Source: Nanobdellota archaeon (GTDB lineage Archaea; Nanobdellota; Nanobdellia; Woesearchaeales; JAHWHD01). Taken from it: DNA of 33,191 nt. Of this stretch, positions 26,333 through 33,191 are shown piece after piece. Position 1 is the stretch's first letter. Every line of letters begins with the position of its first letter. A model generated the notes under the pieces. The model had not been told where the DNA came from, searched no databases, and was given only the letters and a program-made list of their open reading frames with translations. The stretch is from contig JAYENX010000041.1 of NCBI GenBank assembly GCA_034722435.1, positions 1 through 33,191 on the forward strand. The letters run 5' to 3'. Position numbers and translations under genes: made by a program.

Positions 26333-27568
26333 ATGAGTTTTGGAAATGTCTTAATATATGTAACTTGTTTTTTTGGTTTGTTTACTCTTATTTATTTTTA
26401 TATTACTCTTTTTGAGAATAAAAGTAAAATTAAGAGTCCTGAGCTTGAAAATTATCCTAAAGTTACAATTATAGTTCCTGCGTATAATGAAGAGGAAACT
26501 ATAGCGTTAACATTGAATTCGTTACTTGAGTTAGATTATCCTAAACATAAGTTGGAGATACTAGTTGTTAATGATGGAAGTACCGATAAAACAGAAGTTG
26601 TTGCTAAAACGTTTTCAGATAAAGGTGTGAAAGTATTTTCTAAAAAGAACGGCGGTAAGGGTTTGGCGTTAAATTTTGCGCTTAAGCATGCAACTGGAGA
26701 TTTTGTAGGTGCGTTAGATGCAGATTCGTTTGTTGATAAATATGCTTTAAAACGAATTCTTGGACATTTTGATAATCCTAATGTGATGGCTGTTACACCT
26801 TCATTAAAAGTGTGGAGGCCTAAGACTTTGCTTCAAAAGATTCAGATGATGGAGTTTTTAATTGGAATTTTCTTGAGAAAGGTTTTTGCTTTTTTACACA
26901 GTTTACATGTTACACCTGGCCCGTTTACAATTTATAGAAAGTCTTATTTTGATGAGACTGGGGGTTACGATCATACGACTATAACTGAGGATATTGAGAT
27001 TGCTCTTAGAATACAGTCTATGAATCTTATTATTGAAAATTCTGTGGATGCGTATGTATATACAAAAGGACCTCCTACATTTAAAGCATTATTTATACAA
27101 AGGATAAGGTGGTACAGAGGGTTTCTTGATAATGTAGTCAAGTATAAATATTTGTTTTCAAAAAAATATGGTTTATTGGGACTTTTCATACTTCCAATAT
27201 CTTTTATATCCGTTTTTATGGTTCTTTTTTCAGTTTTTTATGTTATTGTAAAGTATATAGTTCAGTTAACAAAATTTATGATTAATATGAACAATATTAA
27301 TTATGATTGGATGAGTCTTTTTCAGTTTAACTTTGATTGGTTTAATATCAATTTAGGACCAACTGCATTTCTCGGAGTGATTGCTTTTTTTGCAGGTATA
27401 TGCATGATATTGTCTGCTAAAAGTATGTCACAAGAAAAAACAAGTTTGAAAATGTCTTATATTTGGTATTTAATTTTTTATTGGGTTTTGTTTGGTTCAT
27501 GGTGGTTTGCAGCACTTTATTATAAAATAATTGGAAAGAAAATTAAATGGGCAGGAAGGTGGATGTAA
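26333..27568 (+). CDS. Processive GT2 glycosyltransferase (PgaC/BcsA/HAS-like)
   Basis: PAYNE, VNDGSTD, GKGLALN, LDADS, TEDIE and QRIRW (QxxRW); N- and C-terminal TM helices. Confidence 0.92.
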   Translation: MSFGNVLIYVTCFFGLFTLIYFYITLFENKSKIKSPELENYPKVTIIVPAYNEEETIALTLNSLLELDYPKHKLEILVVNDGSTDKTEVVAKTFSDKGVKVFSKKNGGKGLALNFALKHATGDFVGALDADSFVDKYALKRILGHFDNPNVMAVTPSLKVWRPKTLLQKIQMMEFLIGIFLRKVFAFLHSLHVTPGPFTIYRKSYFDETGGYDHTTITEDIEIALRIQSMNLIIENSVDAYVYTKGPPTFKALFIQRIRWYRGFLDNVVKYKYLFSKKYGLLGLFILPISFISVFMVLFSVFYVIVKYIVQLTKFMINMNNINYDWMSLFQFNFDWFNINLGPTAFLGVIAFFAGICMILSAKSMSQEKTSLKMSYIWYLIFYWVLFGSWWFAALYYKIIGKKIKWAGRWM

Positions 27569-28203
27569 TGAGAGAACGGATTTCAAAAACTAAATTTGTG
27601 ACTGTATTCGCAGTAACTACATTAATTTTTATAATTGGTATTTTTTTAGGAACTTCTATTACGAGTATAAAGTTAGATAAAATTACTGATATGCAAGATG
27701 ATCTTAAAATCCATACTATGTCTGTAGAGATGCAGTATGAAATACTTTTAGAAGATGTTTGTAAGGCTGTAAATTCATCATCGTTAACGGATGAGCTTAA
27801 TGCTATTGGTGAGAGGCTTGTATTTATGGAGAATGAGCTTGGATGGGACGATGTTAATGTGATAAGGTTAAAAGAGTTCTTTTCGTTATTGGAAATTAGA
27901 CATTGGCTTCTTATAAGAAAGAATGAAGATTTTTGTGGAGGTACACTCAAGCCAATATTATTCTTTTATTCTAATAAAGGTGATTGTCCTAAATGTGAAC
28001 AACAAGGGTTTGTTTTAACTAATTTTAAAAGAAATCATCCTGAAGCAAGGGTATACCATTTTGATATTAATATAGATAATCCTGCTTTGGATACTCTTAA
28101 AGAACTTTACAATATACAGTATGCTCCTGCAATTGTTTTTGATGAAGAATCTTATCATGGTTTTATGGTGAAAGATAAGTTAGAGGACATATTAAATGAA
28201 TAA
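27568..28203 (+). CDS. Membrane-anchored protein with C-terminal thioredoxin-like CxxC domain
   Basis: Likely start at ATG 27568, overlapping the GT2 stop. N-terminal TM helix and helical stalk, then FFYSNKGDCPKC...VYHFD...YAPAIVF. Confidence 0.7.
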   Translation: MRERISKTKFVTVFAVTTLIFIIGIFLGTSITSIKLDKITDMQDDLKIHTMSVEMQYEILLEDVCKAVNSSSLTDELNAIGERLVFMENELGWDDVNVIRLKEFFSLLEIRHWLLIRKNEDFCGGTLKPILFFYSNKGDCPKCEQQGFVLTNFKRNHPEARVYHFDINIDNPALDTLKELYNIQYAPAIVFDEESYHGFMVKDKLEDILNE

Positions 28204-30934
28204 GAAGTTTAGTGTATTTTTTTTTGTTATTTTACTTTTAGTGATTCCGTTTTATTTTAGAGCTTTTCCTATGAGGACATCAAATTATTGGGATGAAACT
28301 GTTTATCTTCAACATTCTGAGATTATGTTTTCCGGGAGAGATAATTATTCTGAGCTTCACTTTAGACCTCCTATGATTTCAATTTTTTTCTTTTTTGGAT
28401 ATTTTGTTTGGCATAGCGCTTTGATGGCTCATGTTCTTGTCGGGTTGATATCTGTTTTAGGAATTTATTTTATATATTTGTTAGGCGAGAAGTTATATAA
28501 TTCTAAAATCGGGTTAATGGCTGCATCTTTATTAGCTTATAGTCCTATTGTTATTGAATGGTCGCATTATACTTTGACTGGTGTTGCAGCTCTTACTTTT
28601 TCAATAATGTTTGTTTATTTTTTTATTAGAAAAAGAAAATATGATTCTTATCTTGCAGGAATTTGTTTAGCTGTAGCTGTTTTAACACGGTTTACATCTT
28701 TAGCTCTGGTTTTGTTACTATTGTTATTATGGATATTTAAGATTGTTAATTTTAAATATATTTTGAAAACTTGTATAATATTTTTATTAACAATGGTTCC
28801 GTATTTTATATTTACTCAAATTACTACTGGATCTTTTTTGAAACCCTTTTTTAGTGCTACAGCGGTTGTAGCAGATTATAATGTTTCAATATTATATTAT
28901 TTCGCTAATATTTATTTATTTTTACCTTTTGCTTTACTGGGTTTAGTTTTATTTATTTTTGCAGTTTATAGATGTAAAGGGAATTTGGTTGATCTTGCTT
29001 TACTGGTTTATGGTTTTGTGTTTTTATTTTATATGACTTATTTACCGCATAAAGAGTTAAGATATTTAATCCCTATTTTGTTTCCTTTCCTGTTGATTTC
29101 TGCTAAAGGTTATTATCATGGATTTAAATTAAAAAAGAGAAGGAATTGGCGTATTTTTATGATAGTTATTTTAACTTTATTTTTAATATTTACAGTATTT
29201 AATCATGATTTTGAACATCATGTTTTAACTTATGATACTGAGGCGAAAGTTGTTAGTGAATGGATGGTTGATAATTTGGAGCCGGGATTGATTTATACAA
29301 ATGCAGAGCATCCTTTATTGGCTTATTATTCGGGTTTTGATACTTTTGCTTTATACCCTCGAGATGAGCGAGTTTATTCTGTTTTATTTCGTAATTTAAC
29401 TGAAGATGGATATTTTGTGTATAGAGAGGGAGAGGTTGTATATGGGACAAATATTTTGGTTCAACCTGATAAACAGTTTTTAGATTCTAATCATCATTTT
29501 AAGTTATTGAAAAGTTTTGATTCTTACCATATTTATAAATTTACAAAGATTGATTATTCTTGGGTTTTACAATTAGCTGAGATTGATCCTGATTTTTATG
29601 CGAAAGAACTCATAAAAGCGTTGGTTTTTGAGGATGATGATTTTGCAAGAGCTGATCTGATGTTGATTTTAACAAGGTTGAAAGAGGATCGTAATACTAT
29701 GTGTGAAGTTGCAGAAGAGTTTAAAATGATTGTAACTGAAAATTTAGAGGAACGTGCTTTAATTTATGAGACTATCGGTTCATTAGGGTGTAGTGGTTAT
29801 GCTGATTATTATTTGGATGCTGCCAGGTTGTGGGGTGAGTTAGGAGTTAGTTGGAGAGAGGATATAATGCGAAGTTTAGGTACTGGTGTTGAGTTAAATT
29901 TATCTTATAATGTTTCTGAATTAGAGTCTGTTTTTGAGGCTTCTAATGGTTTTGATACTGTAACCTTTGGAACTTCTAAAATAGTTCTTGATTCGAATGA
30001 TATACTGGTGAGTCAAGCTGAAAGGGTGTCCAGAGATTGGTTATCGGCACAGATTAAGAATCCTTATTCTTCAAATTTGTTAAGGGTTTTTTCTGAACGA
30101 TTTGATTATGGTGTTGAAGAATTGAGGGAAGATATAGGGTGGCATGAAGGAGCAAGGATTGATGAACTTAAAAAGGTTGGTTTGAAACATTTGGTGGCTA
30201 CAGGTACTTTAGCTTTGAAAGTTGGTGATGAGTGGTATGCGCCTGATGATAAAGGGATGTTTAGGTTTAAAATTTCAAAAGAGAAAATATTTTATCCAAC
30301 AACTAGATTTTTTAGAGATAATTTGGTTATGATGGTCGACACTCACGGTATAAATACGCTTGTTGAACAATCTTTACGGAATAATGCGACAGTTGTAATT
30401 GGTTGTTGTGATTTACCGAGTAAAATTCAAGCAGCATTGTATTTGAATTCTAAAGGTGTTAAAGTTATATGTCCGACAGGTAGGTTTGTATATACTGCTC
30501 TTGGTAAGGACAGTGATATATTAGGAAGTCCAGGGTATAGATTTGAGAATGATGAAGTAATAGTGGGTGATATGCCTGTAACAATTTCTAATGATGCTGT
30601 GATTGTAGTAATGAATATATCTCAAGGTCAAATGTATTATGATTCTCCAACACGGTACTTTTCTCGTTTAGGAGTTCTTGATGTTAATTATGTTACGATT
30701 AATCAAGGTGAGATGCAGAAAGTGGTTGATAAAGCTCGTGATTTAGGGAGTGAATTTATAGCTGTACGTATATTTGATAGTAATGATTATTATCCTGTTA
30801 AAGAATGGTTAGAAGAAGACGGTGAGCATAAAGTTATGTTGTTTCATTCTGTATCGTATCCTTATGGATATCTTCTTATGAAAGAATTTGTTGGTCAGGT
30901 TACGTTTAATGATCCTAATCCTAAATTTTCTTGA
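28196..30934 (+). CDS. PMT/ArnT-like GT-C glycosyltransferase fused to a large C-terminal domain of unknown function
   Basis: The N-terminal ~450 aa are multipass with WDETVY, FRPP, RFTS and HKELRYLIP motifs. The C-terminal ~460 aa are soluble and carry WHEG, DTHG, GCCD, CPTGR and FHS. Confidence 0.75.
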   Translation: MNKKFSVFFFVILLLVIPFYFRAFPMRTSNYWDETVYLQHSEIMFSGRDNYSELHFRPPMISIFFFFGYFVWHSALMAHVLVGLISVLGIYFIYLLGEKLYNSKIGLMAASLLAYSPIVIEWSHYTLTGVAALTFSIMFVYFFIRKRKYDSYLAGICLAVAVLTRFTSLALVLLLLLLWIFKIVNFKYILKTCIIFLLTMVPYFIFTQITTGSFLKPFFSATAVVADYNVSILYYFANIYLFLPFALLGLVLFIFAVYRCKGNLVDLALLVYGFVFLFYMTYLPHKELRYLIPILFPFLLISAKGYYHGFKLKKRRNWRIFMIVILTLFLIFTVFNHDFEHHVLTYDTEAKVVSEWMVDNLEPGLIYTNAEHPLLAYYSGFDTFALYPRDERVYSVLFRNLTEDGYFVYREGEVVYGTNILVQPDKQFLDSNHHFKLLKSFDSYHIYKFTKIDYSWVLQLAEIDPDFYAKELIKALVFEDDDFARADLMLILTRLKEDRNTMCEVAEEFKMIVTENLEERALIYETIGSLGCSGYADYYLDAARLWGELGVSWREDIMRSLGTGVELNLSYNVSELESVFEASNGFDTVTFGTSKIVLDSNDILVSQAERVSRDWLSAQIKNPYSSNLLRVFSERFDYGVEELREDIGWHEGARIDELKKVGLKHLVATGTLALKVGDEWYAPDDKGMFRFKISKEKIFYPTTRFFRDNLVMMVDTHGINTLVEQSLRNNATVVIGCCDLPSKIQAALYLNSKGVKVICPTGRFVYTALGKDSDILGSPGYRFENDEVIVGDMPVTISNDAVIVVMNISQGQMYYDSPTRYFSRLGVLDVNYVTINQGEMQKVVDKARDLGSEFIAVRIFDSNDYYPVKEWLEEDGEHKVMLFHSVSYPYGYLLMKEFVGQVTFNDPNPKFS

Positions 30935-31385
30935 AATTTATTAAGTCGCCAATAGTTAAAGGTGCTGAGTTAGCTTTTTGTGCGATTATCTTTTTTTGGG
31001 TTTTGAATTCTTCAATAATTTTTATTTTTAGAAAATTTTGTAATTTTTTAGCAAGTCTAAAACTTGGTTTTATATGGCCTGATTCAACTTTTTGAAGAAG
31101 GGATTCTTTTTCGTTTATTTTTTTAGCAAGTTTTTCTTGAGTAAGATTTAGTCTTTCTCGTTTATTTTTTATTAGTTTAGCATAATTTTCTATAATTAAC
31201 TCTTCAGATTGTTCTTTTTGAATTCTTTCAATTTTTTTAGCGGGTTTAGGTCTTGATTTGAAAGGTTTTCGTGTTGGTCTGACTACTTTACCGTATTTAC
31301 TACATATTTTACATACGTTGAGTTCAGTACCTTCAATTTCTGCTTTAAAAACCGGTCCATCGCGACCGCACATTTCGCATCCCAT
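30921..31385 (-). CDS. mbf1: Archaeal multiprotein bridging factor MBF1 (Zn ribbon + HTH)
   Basis: CEMCG...IEGTELNVCKICSKYG; HTH LTQEKLAKKINEKESLLQKVESG; C-terminal LTIGD. Confidence 0.92.
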   Translation of the reverse strand: MGCEMCGRDGPVFKAEIEGTELNVCKICSKYGKVVRPTRKPFKSRPKPAKKIERIQKEQSEELIIENYAKLIKNKRERLNLTQEKLAKKINEKESLLQKVESGHIKPSFRLAKKLQNFLKIKIIEEFKTQKKIIAQKANSAPLTIGDLINFKKI

Positions 31386-31437
31386 AATTCATAACAAAGT
31401 AAGAAGCTTTTTATATTTTTTTCTAATTTGGGGTTAT

Positions 31438-31704
31438 ATGATAGTTAAATTCATGGGTATATTAGATATAATTGCAGCAATAGTGATGATTTTGTTGCAT
31501 TATAGTATAGGTACTTGGAGATTGACTTTTTTGTTTGCTTTGTATTTATTTTTAAAGGCAATTGCGTTTAGAGGCGATATGCATAGTTTCTTAGATGGGG
31601 TTATAGGTGTTTATATGATATTTTTGTTGTTTGGTTTACATTCTGTACTTACATTTGTAGCTGCTATTTATTTATTACAGAAAGCAGTATTTTCTCTTTT
31701 TTAA
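31438..31704 (+). CDS. Small membrane protein of unknown function (88 aa)
   Basis: The tracked ORF from 31258 overlaps mbf1 antisense, so the plausible start is ATG 31438 (MIVKFMGILDII...). Three to four hydrophobic segments. Confidence 0.65.
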   Translation: MIVKFMGILDIIAAIVMILLHYSIGTWRLTFLFALYLFLKAIAFRGDMHSFLDGVIGVYMIFLLFGLHSVLTFVAAIYLLQKAVFSLF

Positions 31705-32438
31705 AGTTTTGATTCGTAAAGGAGATAGTAGAGTATCCATGCTATAAAACCTATAAGGAGTGCGAGTATTAGTGATAAGACTATTCCCAGGATTAGAAAA
31801 AAGATACCTATAGCTAAGATACTTATGAATGTAAAAATGTAAAGCATTCTTGAACAAAAGAATACGTGGAATCCGTTGAATTCGGGGAACGGAAGCATTG
31901 ATACGATTGCAAATATAACGCTGATAAACATGATTCTTTCAATGACGTAGTTTCCCGGAGTGCTAAGTAGGATTAATTTGGCAATAAATGCTATGATTAA
32001 GCTTGATATTGCTCCTAATAAACTTAGAGTGGCAAGATCTTTAAGTTGTAGACCTGGTCGGATTCTACCGTGGCGTATATTGGTCATGAGTGTACATTTG
32101 AAAGTTCCTGGCGAGATGAATGGAATCCATCCATCGCCTAAGAATGCGACAAAAAGACTAATCATTGTGCTGAATTTTCCAAAAGAGTATTGTACTTTGT
32201 GACCTATTTTTAAACCGTAAAGTTTAATGATTGATATTGCAATGAAAAGGTTAACAGCTAAGATTAAAGCACTAATAACTAAATTATAAAAACCAAAGTT
32301 AAGGTTTACAGTTCCGCCAATCCCCCATTTTCTGAAAGAAAGTATAAAACCGCCGATAACAACTGAAACTAACATAAAGAGTATTTCCGTCTCTGAGAAT
32401 TTGAAATTTTTTCTATAGTAATCGAATGATTGGTACAT
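31701..32438 (-). CDS. M50 (site-2 protease)-like membrane protein, catalytic motifs degenerate
   Basis: The layout matches small archaeal M50 proteins (PG motif, RHG, LLGAISS, SMLPFPEFNG), but there is no HExxH. Confidence 0.55.
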   Translation of the reverse strand: MYQSFDYYRKNFKFSETEILFMLVSVVIGGFILSFRKWGIGGTVNLNFGFYNLVISALILAVNLFIAISIIKLYGLKIGHKVQYSFGKFSTMISLFVAFLGDGWIPFISPGTFKCTLMTNIRHGRIRPGLQLKDLATLSLLGAISSLIIAFIAKLILLSTPGNYVIERIMFISVIFAIVSMLPFPEFNGFHVFFCSRMLYIFTFISILAIGIFFLILGIVLSLILALLIGFIAWILYYLLYESKL

Positions 32439-32473
32439 GCATTGGTTTATGTATGGAGAGTATAAAAATGTTT

Positions 32474-33169
32474 TTATTTGAACTTGTTTTTAATTAGATC
32501 AGTCATTTCTTTTTCGTGACCTGCACCGACAATTGCTAAAATCTTTTTTTCAGGATATTTTTTCATTAGTGTAGCAATCTTCCTTGCCATGATTTTATTT
32601 CTGTCATCGATAAGTACTTTGTAGAAATTAGGGTATTTTTGTTTTACTTCTATCATTAATTTTTCTATCAGTTCTTTTTCTGGGACTTTTCTGAGGTCGA
32701 AACCTTTCATTCCTAGGCGTTTCATTTCACGTTTTCTCATAAAAATAGCTTTAAAGATATCTTTGAATAAGTTCCATTTTTCTCGGTGAGAGAATGTTTT
32801 TGAGAAATTTTTAAGAGTAATTTCAATAGGTTGATCAACAAGTGCTAGGGCGATGTTATGTTTTTTTGCGAGTTTAATGGCTTCTTTCATTTCTGCGCCA
32901 GGTTCAAGGCCAACCTTTTTACCTAGTTTTTTTTCGACGTATCCGCCAATAATTAAAAATAGGAATCCCTTAAATCCAATTCTTTTGATATCTCTGATAG
33001 ATGGACCTTTTTTTTTCTTTTTTTGCATCATGGCAAGGAATCTGTTTTTGTCGAGTTCAATACATATTATATCTGGTTTAGAAGTTTCAATTTCTTTTTT
33101 TATAGTGTTGACACTTTCAATAGATATGTGTGAGGTTCCTATTAATTTTAAGTTTTGGAAAGTTATCAT
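32474..33169 (-). CDS. TraB/GumN (TIKI-like) family protein
   Basis: LIGTSHIS, KPDIICIELD, PGAEM, LVDQPIEITL, LIDDRNKIMA and IVGAGH motifs. Confidence 0.9.
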   Translation of the reverse strand: MITFQNLKLIGTSHISIESVNTIKKEIETSKPDIICIELDKNRFLAMMQKKKKKGPSIRDIKRIGFKGFLFLIIGGYVEKKLGKKVGLEPGAEMKEAIKLAKKHNIALALVDQPIEITLKNFSKTFSHREKWNLFKDIFKAIFMRKREMKRLGMKGFDLRKVPEKELIEKLMIEVKQKYPNFYKVLIDDRNKIMARKIATLMKKYPEKKILAIVGAGHEKEMTDLIKNKFK

Positions 33170-33191
33170 TTTATGTTTGTTATGTGTGAAA

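Noticed and set aside
24799-32202. ORFs 24799-25008, 26971-27189, 27543-27950, 29253-29450, 31675-31857, 31960-32202 and the 5' part (31258-31437) of the 148-aa ORF
   Set aside because: They overlap longer motif-supported genes and have no independent signals.
32474-33169. TraB-family gene as evidence of a conjugative element
   Set aside because: Archaeal TraB/GumN-family genes are ordinary chromosomal genes unrelated to conjugative VirB10-type TraB. No relaxase, T4SS or integrase is present.

Overview
AT-rich window from an archaeal chromosome, most likely a DPANN (Woesearchaeota/Pacearchaeota-like) organism. The domain assignment rests on archaeal RadA, RadB, uS2, RPA, MBF1 and a TRAM protein, TATA boxes, and GAGGTG ribosome-binding sites; the DPANN assignment is inference from the gene types. 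Layout: (i) 1-4242, two large Ig-like surface proteins, the second with TSP3-type Ca-binding repeats, a C-terminal TM helix and a ~240-aa cytoplasmic tail. (ii) 4239-16872, a cluster of 15 genes with class III (type IV pilin-like) signal peptides, including two mini-pilins missed by the ORF track, plus one pilin-like gene with no leader. Two antisense genes for secreted orphan proteins interrupt the cluster, each head-to-head with a small paralogous pilin whose C-terminal head is unrelated to those of its paralogues; one head has beta-defensin-like Cys spacing. (iii) 16925-23348, a DNA repair/housekeeping block: RPA, YdjM-like hydrolase, a PC4-like small protein, RadA with a long charged N-terminal extension, TRAM, a third secreted orphan, an (AAT)16 tract, rps2 and radB. 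(iv) 23424-30934, a surface glycosylation operon: two degenerate AglB/STT3-like GT-C proteins, a processive GT2, a membrane thioredoxin-like protein and a PMT/ArnT-like fusion. (v) MBF1, a small membrane protein, a probably inactive M50-like protein and a TraB-family protein. No pilus ATPase, platform protein, prepilin peptidase, tRNA, rRNA, CRISPR array or transposase was recognised. All family calls are by-eye motif recognition, not database searches.
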